Shown here: positions 38,465 to 49,010 of the stretch, piece by piece
How the letters are laid out: each line of letters starts with the position of its first letter
How positions within the stretch are numbered: position 1 is the first letter of the stretch
From: Acidobacteriota bacterium
Lineage (GTDB): Bacteria; Acidobacteriota; UBA6911; RPQK01; CBDAPI01
Assembly (NCBI GenBank): GCA_965248635.1
Contig: OZ252114.1
Location: 213,838 to 277,837 of the forward strand
Direction of reading: 5' to 3'
DNA length: 64,000 nucleotides
The notes under the pieces: model-generated
What the model saw: the letters and a program-made list of their open reading frames with translations, nothing else
Told to the model about the DNA's origin: nothing
Databases searched by the model: none
Program-made: the position numbers and the translations under genes

Positions 38465-39787
38465 TCAGGCATAACGCGCATGTTGATGCTGGGGAAGAAA
38501 GAAGGCAGGCAGGAGAGTGTCGACTTGCAGAAGGGCATCGCGGCTCAGGACGAGTTCCGCGTCTCTGGCCAGCAGGAGGCCCTGTTGTCTCAACTCGCCG
38601 AACTGATCGGCGAATTCAACTGCGATGTCGACGCCAAACTTCTCCTCAAAGTAAGCGGGTCGGATGTGCCCCAGCTTGAACTGCAGGATGAGCTCACGGA
38701 TCATCAGCTCCTTCCGATTCGGAGAGCATGCCCTGGAGATCGGCAGCTCTCCAGCCTTCACCCGCGCCAGGTAGTGCTCGATGTTTTGCTCGTTCTGCAA
38801 ATGCGTCCCGCTGATGTGGCCGAAGGAAGACACTCCGATCGATAGCAGGTCCGCGCCCCTCCAGAGGGCATCTCGATAGACGAAGGACGTCCTGGTGTCG
38901 CGGCGCACCGCTGTGTACGAGCTGACGACGTTGTAGCCGGTCTTCTCCAGTTCTTTGAAGGCATAGTCGACCCAGCGGCGCTTGGTTGGCCAGTCAGCCA
39001 CGGGTGCTGTGAGCTTGTCTTCCTCCTTCATACGCTGGAAAATTGTCGTGTTGAAAGGGATTTCCATCTGGTAAACCGTGACGCTCTCCGGGTGCATGGT
39101 GACCGTCTCCCCGACACAGCGCCGCCAGTTTTCGTCGGTTTCCTCCAGCATGCCTGCAATCAGGTCGACATTGACCTGCGGGAAACTCTGAGCCTGTATC
39201 CATTCCCAGGCCTGGTGGATCTCCCTGGTGCCGTGAGCCCTGCCGTTGATGGCCAGAATGCTCTCGTCGAAGTTCTCCACACCCAGACTCAGGCGCGTGA
39301 TGCCTTGCTTGCGCATGACTCCCAGCTTTTTCGCGCTGAGCGTGCCGGGCTCGCATTCCATCGTGATCTCCTTCGACGCGTGCCACGGCAGTCGTTCCTG
39401 GATTTTGGTCACAAAACCACTGAACTGATCGGTCGACAGATAGGAAGGAGTACCCCCGCCAAGGTAGACGAAGTGCAGCTTCCGTCCGCCGACGAAGTCA
39501 TGCTGCATATAAATGTCGAGCTCGGCGATTACAGCGTCGAGGTATTCCTGGATTTCCCTGGACCTCTTTCCGGTATAGACCTTGAAGTAGCAGAAGTGAC
39601 AGCGTTTCCGGCAGAAGGGGATGTGCACGTACAGACCCAGCGGGTTGCCGGCCCGGGGCGGTCTATCCAGAGCCTCCAGTGCTTTAGGCACGAATTCCGG
39701 CTTCCAGAAAGAGTAGGGTGGATAATTCGAGATAAAGTAATTGCCGCCCCGGGTCGCTTCCCGGTGTTTGCCAGTGCTTTCGGCCAT
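38465..39787 (-). CDS. radical SAM coproporphyrinogen-III oxidase-like protein (HemN/HemW family)
   Basis: YVHIPFCRKRCHFCYF (CxxxCxxC cluster motif). HemN-like length of 440 aa. Confidence 0.75.
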   Translation of the reverse strand: MAESTGKHREATRGGNYFISNYPPYSFWKPEFVPKALEALDRPPRAGNPLGLYVHIPFCRKRCHFCYFKVYTGKRSREIQEYLDAVIAELDIYMQHDFVGGRKLHFVYLGGGTPSYLSTDQFSGFVTKIQERLPWHASKEITMECEPGTLSAKKLGVMRKQGITRLSLGVENFDESILAINGRAHGTREIHQAWEWIQAQSFPQVNVDLIAGMLEETDENWRRCVGETVTMHPESVTVYQMEIPFNTTIFQRMKEEDKLTAPVADWPTKRRWVDYAFKELEKTGYNVVSSYTAVRRDTRTSFVYRDALWRGADLLSIGVSSFGHISGTHLQNEQNIEHYLARVKAGELPISRACSPNRKELMIRELILQFKLGHIRPAYFEEKFGVDIAVEFADQFGELRQQGLLLARDAELVLSRDALLQVDTLLPAFFLPQHQHARYA

Positions 39788-40110
39788 CGAGGCGTTCCTG
39801 GTGCCTTCTCAGTTTCGCGAACCAGCCACGGCGAAGCCCAAACTGGTCACCTTCCGATCAGAATTATACCTACAGAGCTTTCCTTAGTGACGGCAACTCG
39901 ACACCCAAAATCCAGAATGTCGCTGTGGACAGCTCGGAAAACCCGGCAGGCAGGATTGGTAGGACTCCTGCTTTTCGCTTGATGTTCGCGTAACCCATCT
40001 CCTCGACACCGGCGGTGAGAAACTGCACGTCGATGTATTTTCGATGTGCCTCCCAGGTTCCTTGTGCGCGAGGTTTGGTTTTATTGTCCTGCGCCAGCGC
40101 AAAAACCTGG

Positions 40111-41177
40111 TCACCCTGGATTGGAATCTTCCCCACCGCTGGAGAACTCCTCCGGGATGGTGCCGTCGCCGGTCGACTTTCCTTGCAACAACCAGGACAG
40201 GTTGAACCGAGCGACCCGAACGGGAAGTTTCCTTGCATGGACATCGAAGAACAGGTAGATCCAGCCTTCGCTAGCCGTTCCCGGTCGCCCGGCGATAAGC
40301 GATGAGTAACAGAAGGCGCGCCTTCGTGCGCGAGGCGCTTGAGCGGCCAGGTCCTGCCACCGTCGAAGCTGACCCACACGGTCCCGTGGTGGCGGTTTTC
40401 GCCCTTCGTGTTTCCATAGAAGTCACCGGAGTCGCTGTCGCGGCTGGGATTGTCGACGTTGCTGTAAAGGAGAATATCGCGACCGCGAATGGGCAGGCGC
40501 ACCAGCCCAGCCTCGCAGCCGTAATCCGTGTTCTGTGGACCATCGGGCAGCGCTTCGCAGATCGCGAGGTCTGTCCAGGTTGCGCCGCCGTCCTCGCTCC
40601 AGGCGGTCCGCCGCCGACGCGCGTTTTCGTTTTTCGGAGCCCAGTGCCTGCGTGAGTTGTAATAGATGCGCCCGTCCGACAACTCGGCTACGGTCCCTTC
40701 GCCGGTGCCGAGGAGTGGGAAAGGGTCGCTCGTGCGCCAGGTCTTGCCGTGATCCTCGCTGCGGTAGACGGTCAGCGGAGCGGGCGGATGGTGGTCTTCC
40801 ACGAAGGCCAGGATGTCACCCGTCGTCTCATCCACCGTGGTCCCACCCCCCGTGAACCCCTCGGCGATGACGATTTCCTCGCCCCAGCTCTTGCCGCCAT
40901 CTTCGCTGCGACGAACGCGGACGTTCTTGCCGTCGTTCGCTTCAAAGACGCCCTCTCGCCCGGGCTGCAGCCAAGTAACCACGACCGTTCCGTCGAGAGC
41001 CGCTACGCAATCCGCTTGGCGGCCGTATTCTCTCGAGATAGGCTGCAATTGGAAGTTCGGTTTACCCAGAAAGGACTCCAGCCGGCCTTCTAAAGGTCGG
41101 TCCGCAGCAACCGCCGTCACGGGCAGCCAGGCAATCGCCAGTGTACCTGCGGTGAGTGAAAGGGATCGCTTCATCAT
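40111..41177 (-). CDS. BNR-repeat glycoside hydrolase (sialidase-like), signal peptide; frame change near 40300-40340
   Basis: Asp-box repeats SEDGGKSW, SEDHGKTW, SEDGGATW, SFDGGRTW. The 435-aa ORF (39870..41177) reads through in the wrong frame. The true C-terminus (…CYSSLIA…GWIYLFFDV…ARFNLSWL) lies in frame of ORF 40111..40377. Confidence 0.6.
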
Positions 41178-41673
41178 GGGCTTGTCTCCTCGGTTGAAAT
41201 CTGGGATGTCCTAGGAGATTCAACCACGGCGGCGCCTAAAGGCAAAAGTGGCTGTTGCTCCGGCTTATCCAGTACGGCTTTGTGCGCTATCCTGTCTTGC
41301 TCGAGGATAGCCGACCCGCAACCATGTGGAAAGGAGAAACATCAATGGCGCGAGTAATTCTTGCCGGAATTTTGGGTGCCGTCGTCTACTTGGAAAGCGC
41401 CCCTTTCGACCTGTTTTTCGTCGCAAGTCGTGTATTTGAAACGTAGTGTGTCATGGTGTGCGTGTGTCAGGAATGCAAGATTTGATCTTATCGACATCAA
41501 CTCCCATGGCCGCCGTCTTGAATCCCGCCACCCGCCAACCAGATTGTGAACCCTCCCACATGGTGATCGCGGCCGACCTTCTGGTCGACTCACGGCACTC
41601 CGTATTATCGGCTGCAGAAGCACCCTCATTCGAGCGCTTACTTTCGTCACCGAGTACTAGGGCAGCCCCGCAC

Positions 41674-42789
41674 CTAGTGCACTGTCAGTAGCATACTGTC
41701 GCCCAGCTCGACCGTTGAGGGATACCCCAGATCGCCGGCGACGCCGTCCTCGGAAAGGGTGATCGGGTCCGACCAGGACTTTCCGTGATTGTGGCTGACG
41801 CGGGCTTGGTTGCCGAACGGCTCGCGGCGGTAGCCGTAGCTCATCAGCAGACGACCGTCCCCAAGCCGGAGTAAGTGCGACGGCAGTCCCCACACCCCAG
41901 TGGAATGCGGTACCGACCAGGACCGCCCCCCGTCGGTCGACTCGCTCTGCAGGGTCTCGCGCTCGTTGGCCTCATTGTGATTGCGGATGTGCGCGATCAG
42001 CCGCCCGTGGGACGTTTCGACCGCATGAAGCTCGTGATACTCGCGCTTGTCGTCGCCGGATCGAGTCGGGATCTCCGCCAGCCAACGCCAGCTCTGTCCG
42101 TCGTCGGTCGACTCACACACGCCGATTCTGCCGGTGCCGTGCCAAAGCTGTTTCCCGGCGTACAACACCCTGCCGTCCGAAAGCGAAATAGGACCGTGAG
42201 GACTGTTGACCGGACAACGGTAGGGTGCTGACCACGTCGCGCCATTGTCGGTCGAACGGATCATCCAGGTGGCGAGGACACGCTCCCGCTGCGGGCCGCT
42301 GGTCCGTTCGTGCGCAGCTCGCCAACTTCGCAGCTTTTCTTTCGACCAAGCGCCCTCTTGTGTCGCCGAGAGCTTCTCGGCCTCCTCGAGCAGGTCCTGG
42401 TACGCCAACGACGTGAAGGTGGTCACCAGCAAGGAGCCCCGCGCCGTCTCACACACGCCGGCGTCGCGATCGTCAATGGCCGTATCCATCAACACCCGGG
42501 GCCAATTCCAATGACGGCCCTCATCGGGGGAGCGCATCATCTCCACCCACCCGAAAGGACAGACGTGCGCTTCGCGCCCGCCCGAGCACACCAGGAGCAG
42601 CTCGCCGGTGCGCCGCCGCGGCACGGTGGGCCAACCGTGGTAGAACTGCGGCCGTTGACTGATGACCCCGATGGATTGGATTTGGGCGCGAGACGCAGCC
42701 TTGGCTCGTCGCGGAATCCCAAACAAGAGTCCGGCGGCAGTCGAGCTCCCAGCCTGCAAGACTTTTCGGCGAGTGATGGATCGTGGCAC
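41674..42789 (-). CDS. BNR-repeat glycoside hydrolase (sialidase-like) with twin-arginine signal
   Basis: Tat-type leader MPRSITRRKVLQAGSSTAAGLLF…AKA. Asp-boxes STDNGATWS, STDDGQSWRW, STDGGRSWS, SHNHGKSWS. Confidence 0.65.
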   Translation of the reverse strand: MPRSITRRKVLQAGSSTAAGLLFGIPRRAKAASRAQIQSIGVISQRPQFYHGWPTVPRRRTGELLLVCSGGREAHVCPFGWVEMMRSPDEGRHWNWPRVLMDTAIDDRDAGVCETARGSLLVTTFTSLAYQDLLEEAEKLSATQEGAWSKEKLRSWRAAHERTSGPQRERVLATWMIRSTDNGATWSAPYRCPVNSPHGPISLSDGRVLYAGKQLWHGTGRIGVCESTDDGQSWRWLAEIPTRSGDDKREYHELHAVETSHGRLIAHIRNHNEANERETLQSESTDGGRSWSVPHSTGVWGLPSHLLRLGDGRLLMSYGYRREPFGNQARVSHNHGKSWSDPITLSEDGVAGDLGYPSTVELGDSMLLTVH

Positions 42790-42978
42790 GGTAAAACGCC
42801 TTCACACAGAAAACGTCCCGCCTACCTCGAGGTTTCGAAGAGCGGCTTGGATACTTGCGCTCTCCGTTCGCCTTCTCGTTACCCGATATGGCCGTCCGTT
42901 GCCCAGCCATCAGCTATCATTAGAGCAGCGCCCCGATGTACAACAGGAAGGGCGGTTTCTTTCGTTTGAGAGCATATC

Positions 42979-44115
42979 ATGACCGACGACGTGTTTGATT
43001 CCTTGCAGCAATCGCTCGAATCGGGCGGCGCTACGGCTGCGTTCGATTTCCTGGTCGAGAAGTTCAGAGACCAGAAAAAGTACGAGACCCTTTTTGAAGC
43101 CCGAATGATGAAGACACGTCATGCGTTTGGGCTCCCCTTGATTCAGACCGAGCCTTCGGCCGACCTGCCCGCCGAAAAGCGCAAAGCTTACGAACAAGCA
43201 ACCATCCAGGCAGCACGAGAAGTGGGTAGTCTATTCCTCGGGAACGGCGACATTCCGAGGGCCTGGCCCTATTTTCGGGCCATCGGCGAGCCAGGTCCGG
43301 TGGCGGAAGCCATCGAGCGATTTGAGGCCGAAGGGGAAAACTTGGACCGGGTCATCGAGATCGCCTATCACGAGCGCGTCCATCCGAAAAAGGGCTTGGA
43401 GCTCATTCTGGCCAATCACGGCATCTGCCGAGCCATTACCTTTTTCGGCCAGTACCCCGGTCAAGAGGGGCGCGAGGAAAGTGCCGCTCTGCTGGTGAAC
43501 AACCTCCACGCGGAAGTCGCTGCCAAACTGAAGAGGGTTATCGCCGGGCAAGAAGGGCAAGCCCCCGAGACCGACAGCGTGTCGGAGCTTGTATCCGGCC
43601 GCGACTGGCTCTTTGAAGGGAACAGCTACTACATCGATACGTCCCACCTCTCATCGGTGGTTCAGATGAGTCCGGAGCTGACCAACCCGCAGACCTTGAA
43701 GCGAGTCGTTGAGCTGACCGACTACGGCAAGCGCCTCTCTTCGATGTTTCAGTTCCAGGGGCACCCGCCGTTTGAGGACGTCTATGTCGACCACGGCATC
43801 TATTTGCGCGCTCTCTTGGGCGAAGACGTTGAAGCGGGTATCGCACGCTTCCGAGACAAGGTCGCCTCGAGCGATCCACAGGAGGTCGGCTACGCTCCGG
43901 CAGAGGTTCTCGTTAAGCTCTTGGTCCGCCTCGAGCGCTACCGCGAAGCCGTGGATGTGTCCCGCCAGTACTTGCGTGACGCCAATCCCAACGAGCTGAG
44001 TTGCCCCTCGACCGTACAGTTATGCCAGCTTGCCGGAGATTACCGGCAGCTCGGCGAGCTCGCCCGCGAAAAAGGTGACTTGCTGAGTTTCACAGCCGCG
44101 GCCCTGCAGACCTAG
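42979..44115 (+). CDS. hypothetical alpha-helical protein; its stop codon (TAG 44113-44115) lies inside the IS left inverted repeat
   Basis: 378-aa ORF with good GC3 bias and no domain I can recognise. 3' end possibly truncated by the IS insertion. Confidence 0.4.
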   Translation: MTDDVFDSLQQSLESGGATAAFDFLVEKFRDQKKYETLFEARMMKTRHAFGLPLIQTEPSADLPAEKRKAYEQATIQAAREVGSLFLGNGDIPRAWPYFRAIGEPGPVAEAIERFEAEGENLDRVIEIAYHERVHPKKGLELILANHGICRAITFFGQYPGQEGREESAALLVNNLHAEVAAKLKRVIAGQEGQAPETDSVSELVSGRDWLFEGNSYYIDTSHLSSVVQMSPELTNPQTLKRVVELTDYGKRLSSMFQFQGHPPFEDVYVDHGIYLRALLGEDVEAGIARFRDKVASSDPQEVGYAPAEVLVKLLVRLERYREAVDVSRQYLRDANPNELSCPSTVQLCQLAGDYRQLGELAREKGDLLSFTAAALQT

Positions 44116-45772
44116 CCCGGATTATGCAGGAGATCTAAATTCAAGTGAGATTTGGGACCATAAAAAAGGCCGTAGCTCTCTGATATAAAAGGGTTTAGAG
44201 AAACAAAGACCCTAAACAGGAGCTACGGCAATGTCAAAAACAGTCTGCCAGAATACCCTGCCATTTCATAGCCACAGAAACATCACGGCTCGTTTTGATG
44301 GGGGGAGCCTCACTTCCGACGCAGGATGGTTGTTGTTTGGATCGCTGGATCGTCAACATCGATTGTGCGAGGGCTTCAGTTCCTGTATTTCGGAAAGTCG
44401 AGACCAACGCTACATTCGTCATGACCTGTTGAAGTTGATCCGACAACGAGTCTTGCAGATCGTGGCCGGCTACGAAGACTGTAACGACGCCGATACGCTG
44501 CGCTCGGATCCGATGCTCAAGACAGTCTGTGATCAGTTGCCCGAGAGCGATCCCGACTTGGCCACCCAGCCGACTTTCTCCCGTTTGGAGAACTCCGTCA
44601 CCAAGAAGGATCTGATGCGTCTGAGCCGGTGGCTGCTAGGCCGTTATGTGCGCTCCCTGAAGAAGAGACGCCCCAGCAAGATCATCCTGGATCTGGACAG
44701 TACCGATGACCACACTCACGGCCAACAGGAGTTCTCCTTCTACCACGGGTATTACCGAAACCACATTCTGCATCCTTTGCTGATCTTCGATGCCGCCACG
44801 GGAGACCTGGTGTGTGCCATGTTGAGACCTGGCAACAAGGGGGCTGCCTCTCACATCGTGCCCGTTTTGAAGCGCGTCGTGGAGGCCATCCGACAAGGAG
44901 TGGGGACGGATGTCGAGATTGAGATTCGGGCCGACAGCGGCTTTGCCACGCCTCGGCTCTACGAGTTCTGTGAAGGTGAAGAGAATAAACTCCAATATGT
45001 CATTGGGTTAAGTCGAAACCCTCGCCTGCAGCGAGTGGTCGAGCCGCTGCTGGATTCGACTCGGCTGAGGTTCGTTGAGCTGGAGGAAAAACAGCGTCAG
45101 TTTGACGAGTTTCTTTATCGAGCCCACAGCTGGGATCGATCCCGTCGCGTCATTGTCAAAGTGGAGGTCGATCAGCGTGGGATCAACCGTCGCTTTGTAG
45201 TCACCAACCGGGACGATCTCTGCTCCCAATCACTTTATGACCACTACACAAACCGAGGGCAGACCGAGAACTTCATCAAGGCCTTCAAGAATCATCTGAG
45301 CATGGACCGACTCAGCTGTCATCGATTCCTGGCCAATCAGTTTCGACTCCTCCTGCATGCACTGGCTTACCAGATGTTCGTGCGCCTGCGCGACTATCTG
45401 CACGGAACCCCCTGGCACAAGCTCGAAATCGAAACCTTACGTCGTCGGGTCCTCAAGATTGGGGCCCGGATCCGACAAACCACTCGACGCATCTGGGTCC
45501 ATCTTTCCTCAGCCTTCCCCGAACAACCCCTCTTCCACCTCGTCTTGAGTCGCCTGAACTCCAGTTAGCTTTTCCCAGCTCCCCCGGAAAACCGCTTCCG
45601 ACACTCATCCAGGCCCAGATCTGTCTGAAATTCACTCCCCAAACCACTCAAACGCCTCGCCAACCCATATTCTTCGCAAATCCGCCTGTCACACCTGCCC
45701 GCTTCCGAGTTGGGCCACTTCTCGAGTCGTTTTTCAACACCGGACTACGGTTCTTGCATAATCCGGGCTAGG
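44111..45772 (+). mobile_element. IS1380-family insertion sequence with 18-bp perfect terminal inverted repeats
   Basis: Left end cctagcccggattatgca (44111-44128). Right end tgcataatccgggctagg (45755-45772) is its exact reverse complement. Carries a single transposase ORF. Confidence 0.8.
44231..45568 (+). CDS. IS1380-family DDE transposase
   Basis: 445 aa. The N-terminus …FDGGSLTSDAGWLLFGSLDR… and overall sequence are typical of IS1380 transposases. Confidence 0.8.
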   Translation: MSKTVCQNTLPFHSHRNITARFDGGSLTSDAGWLLFGSLDRQHRLCEGFSSCISESRDQRYIRHDLLKLIRQRVLQIVAGYEDCNDADTLRSDPMLKTVCDQLPESDPDLATQPTFSRLENSVTKKDLMRLSRWLLGRYVRSLKKRRPSKIILDLDSTDDHTHGQQEFSFYHGYYRNHILHPLLIFDAATGDLVCAMLRPGNKGAASHIVPVLKRVVEAIRQGVGTDVEIEIRADSGFATPRLYEFCEGEENKLQYVIGLSRNPRLQRVVEPLLDSTRLRFVELEEKQRQFDEFLYRAHSWDRSRRVIVKVEVDQRGINRRFVVTNRDDLCSQSLYDHYTNRGQTENFIKAFKNHLSMDRLSCHRFLANQFRLLLHALAYQMFVRLRDYLHGTPWHKLEIETLRRRVLKIGARIRQTTRRIWVHLSSAFPEQPLFHLVLSRLNSS

Positions 45773-45861
45773 CCGCTGCCCGTTCCTGAGCCAGGGGTCG
45801 CGAACAGTAGTCCTCTTTCTCCCAGGTGGCATAGAGATGGCCATGTCATGGCCCAGAGAAA

Positions 45862-46419
45862 CTATTCGCCGATCTTGACAGCTGTGCCGTATGCAAAGAG
45901 TTCAGACGCAGTCCCCACTACGCTTGTAGTCATGTAGCGAACATTGATTATGGCATCAGCTCCCATTTCGGCAGCCTGGGCAACCATCCTCCTGGTGGCT
46001 GCCGAGCGAGCTTGTCCCATCATCTCTGTGTATTCTGTCAATTCGCCGCCAAGAATTAGCCTGACTATGGCAGATAGATCTTTGCCAAGCCAAATCGCAA
46101 ACACCGTGTGCCCCTGAACAAGCCCTAGAATCTCCGTGACCTCTCGACCACGTACTACGGCAAAATTCGATAGCAAGACCCTGCCATCAGGATCACCAGG
46201 TAGTACCGCACCCCCTGATACCTTCTTCTTCGCTTGTTCGAGTGAAAGTGTCAGTAGAACCACAAGGATACCGCCCAGAAGGCAGAAGATTGCTGACCTC
46301 AGCCACCAGGGCAGGACTGGGTCATCGGCAACGATTACGTACCATGGTATTCCCACAAACAATGCAGTGAAAAGCCCAAGTACGAAAGCCAGCGAGCCAA
46401 TGTGTCGAAGTAATCTCAT
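45862..46419 (-). CDS. membrane protein with C-terminal YbjQ/UPF0145 (putative heavy-metal-binding) domain
   Basis: Two N-terminal TM helices. The C-terminus …AEMGADAIINVRYMTTSVVGTASELFAYGTAVKI matches UPF0145. Confidence 0.5.
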   Translation of the reverse strand: MRLLRHIGSLAFVLGLFTALFVGIPWYVIVADDPVLPWWLRSAIFCLLGGILVVLLTLSLEQAKKKVSGGAVLPGDPDGRVLLSNFAVVRGREVTEILGLVQGHTVFAIWLGKDLSAIVRLILGGELTEYTEMMGQARSAATRRMVAQAAEMGADAIINVRYMTTSVVGTASELFAYGTAVKIGE

Positions 46420-46546
46420 GGTTCCCTCCTACGTCCGTCCTACGGCGCACTCTGTTTGGACGCCTAACGATAAAGGTTCTATCCGGAGTGCAGTCGAGAA
46501 AGCAAGACTCTCAGCCTCCTCAGAGGTGGGTTCTGGGAGCATCCAG

Positions 46547-48118
46547 ATGGGCCTGACTGCACGATCTTTGACCGGAGCCCGTGGTTTTCTGGAAGAGATC
46601 CACTTGAGATCCCGGCATCCGGCCTCGTCCTGGCTGACTCGTTTTCTGATACTTCGACTTCTCGGTCTGGTCTACTTTGTGGGCTTTCTCTCTGCGGCGC
46701 TCCAAGTCCTACCTCTGATCGGCAGCAACGGCCTTTTGCCAGTCGGTGCTTATCTTGAACGCCTCGAGAGCCACTTCGGATCTTGGGGAGAAGGCTTCGT
46801 CCAGGTACCCACGATATTCTGGTTCGATTCGACGGATACCGCACTGATCGGGGCCCTTTACATCGGAGCCGTCCTTTCCGCCGCTGTAGTGCTCGGTTTC
46901 GCGAATGGAATCATCCTCACCGTGCTTTGGGTGCTATATATGTCACTCACCAACATCGGACAGGATTGGTACAGCTTCGGCTGGGAGATTCAACTTCTGG
47001 AGACCGGCTTCCTGGCGATTTTTCTGGTGCCCTTGGTGGATGGGAGACCTTTCCCCCGCACTCCTCCGCCGACTCCGGTCATCTGGCTGTTTCGCTTCCT
47101 GGCCTTCAGAATCATGCTTGGGGCCGGTCTGATCAAGATCCGTGGGGATGCCTGCTGGCGTGACTTGACCTGTCTCGACTACCACTACGAGACTCAGCCG
47201 GTACCCAATCCATTGAGCCGACTGCTTCACCACATGCCCGGTTGGTTTCAGAAGATCGGTGTCCTCTTCAACCACCTCAACGAACTGATCCTGCCCTGGT
47301 TCGTCTTCTGGCCCAAAGTAGCTCGACACGTTGCCGGCGCCGTGATGTTGAGCTTTCAACTGGTCTTGATCTTGAGCGGAAATCTCTCTTTCCTCAATTG
47401 GCTGACGATGGTCCCTATCCTCGCTTGTTTCGACGACTCCCTGCTGCGGCGCATCCTGCCCAGTCGTCTTGTGAGTGCGGCAGAGGAAGCGTCCGCGGAT
47501 AGTAAAACCTCCCGCCCTCAACAATTAGCTGCCTATGCCGTTACCATTCTGGTCGGTGTGCTGAGCCTGGGGCCACTCTCGAACCTGTGGTCGGAGCGGC
47601 AGGTCATGAACACCTCCTTCGACCGGCTCCACCTGGTCAATACGTACGGCGCATTCGGCAGCGTTGGACAAGAACGGTACGAGATCATATTTGAAGGGAC
47701 TGCGGATTCCGAGCTGGTCCCCGAGACGGACTGGAAGGCCTACGAGTTCAAGTGCAAACCCGGTGATCCGAGCCGGCGGCCCTGTGTGATCACACCCTAC
47801 CATTATCGCCTCGACTGGTTGATCTGGTTCGCCGCAATGTCCTCGCCCGATAACTACCCGTGGAGCGTCCACCTGATCTGGAAGTTGCTCCACAACGATT
47901 CAGGGGCCCTCAGTCTCCTTGCCAACAATCCCTTTCCAGATCGTCCGCCCCGGTTCATCAGAGCCCGCCTGTTCCGCTACACATTTTCTCCCCTTGGGTC
48001 TGACAGCTGGTGGGAGCGGTCCGAATTAGGAACTTGGTTGCCGCCTGTGTCGGTTGAAAACTCAGATCTACAGCGATTTTTGCGATCCTACGGATGGCTA
48101 ACAGATCGATTGCCATAA
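46547..48118 (+). CDS. lipase maturation factor (LMF/DUF1222) family membrane protein
   Basis: …LTRFLILRLLGLVYFVGFLSAALQ…NTYGAFGSVGQERYEIIFEGT…PYHYRLDWLIWFAAM… is characteristic of the LMF family. The ORF track starts at 46136 overlapping the divergent gene; the ATG at 46547 is more plausible. Confidence 0.6.
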   Translation: MGLTARSLTGARGFLEEIHLRSRHPASSWLTRFLILRLLGLVYFVGFLSAALQVLPLIGSNGLLPVGAYLERLESHFGSWGEGFVQVPTIFWFDSTDTALIGALYIGAVLSAAVVLGFANGIILTVLWVLYMSLTNIGQDWYSFGWEIQLLETGFLAIFLVPLVDGRPFPRTPPPTPVIWLFRFLAFRIMLGAGLIKIRGDACWRDLTCLDYHYETQPVPNPLSRLLHHMPGWFQKIGVLFNHLNELILPWFVFWPKVARHVAGAVMLSFQLVLILSGNLSFLNWLTMVPILACFDDSLLRRILPSRLVSAAEEASADSKTSRPQQLAAYAVTILVGVLSLGPLSNLWSERQVMNTSFDRLHLVNTYGAFGSVGQERYEIIFEGTADSELVPETDWKAYEFKCKPGDPSRRPCVITPYHYRLDWLIWFAAMSSPDNYPWSVHLIWKLLHNDSGALSLLANNPFPDRPPRFIRARLFRYTFSPLGSDSWWERSELGTWLPPVSVENSDLQRFLRSYGWLTDRLP

Positions 48119-48347
48119 GACCTGCATCAATCCCCCACTCTATGACTACGAGGGAAAACCAACCGGTCAGAAACGCGAGAATTGCCCAGAGGAGCCGCCC
48201 GAGAATCGCGGCCAAGCTGAGAGCCAGAAAAGCACCAATCATCCGGCGGCGAGTGATTAATGCTAATCTAGCAAAGACCAGCAGCGGCTCCGGGCGTCTC
48301 TTAAACCCCGGGCCGTTTTGTCCCGTTTGCGCTGAAGACATACAGTC

Positions 48348-48965
48348 ATGGCTCCAACACACAACATGGGCAAGGACGGTCCTCCTCAACCGTGGGGCTG
48401 GCTCGGCGACCTGGAATACGAGCAGATGCGCCGGGCGCTCATCATATTCTTTGCCTCCAACGGTTGCGGCGCACTTGCCGACGACCTGCCCGAGGAAGTT
48501 TTTCAAGTGGCCGAGCAGGAGCCCCCCGGCCGGAGCGTAGTTGCTGACTATAAAGGCGATCCTCCTCCCTACCCGTGGACGGTTGCCCGATACATCCTGA
48601 AGACCGAGCGGAAAAAGGAGCAGCTGGAGGCGGAGTCCGGTCTGAAGTCCATCCGGGATATACGGCAAGCCCTCGTTCCACGCCGGGACACTTCGGGGCG
48701 TTTCGAAACCCAAGTCAAAGAACAAAGAGCGCGGTGTCTGGACGAGTGCATGGCGAACATCACCGAGACCTGGCGATACCTCATTCTGGAGTATTACAAG
48801 GCGGAAGAAGCCGAAAGGAAGCGGATTCGCCAGGAGATGGCTAGCGAGCTGGGAATCAGTATGAATGCGCTCCGAGTCCGGATGTTCAAGATCCGCAGAA
48901 CACTGCGTGAATGCGTCGTCAGCTGCGTGCAGGAAAAAGGCAGACACGGTTCTCCCTCGAGTTAG
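48348..48965 (+). CDS. ECF-type RNA polymerase sigma-70 factor
   Basis: Region-2-like …ALADDLPEEVFQVA… and region-4 HTH …LGISMNALRVRMFKIRRTLRECV…. ~200 aa. The anti-sigma-like gene follows. The overlapping minus-strand ORF 47958..48971 is judged spurious. Confidence 0.55.
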   Translation: MAPTHNMGKDGPPQPWGWLGDLEYEQMRRALIIFFASNGCGALADDLPEEVFQVAEQEPPGRSVVADYKGDPPPYPWTVARYILKTERKKEQLEAESGLKSIRDIRQALVPRRDTSGRFETQVKEQRARCLDECMANITETWRYLILEYYKAEEAERKRIRQEMASELGISMNALRVRMFKIRRTLRECVVSCVQEKGRHGSPSS

Positions 48966-49010
48966 CTTCAATCGGCCGGCTCAACGGGAGGCTCAATAAG
49001 AACGGACCCT

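Noticed and set aside
41178-41673. 496-bp gap between the two sialidase-like genes containing small ORFs (such as 41255..41446)
   Set aside because: No convincing start/RBS context, domain or repeat structure. Probably a promoter/terminator spacer.
47958-48971. 337-aa minus-strand ORF overlapping the sigma-factor region
   Set aside because: No recognisable domains. The plus-strand ORF has ECF-like region 2/4 motifs and is co-directional with the anti-sigma gene, so the minus ORF is treated as spurious, with moderate certainty only.
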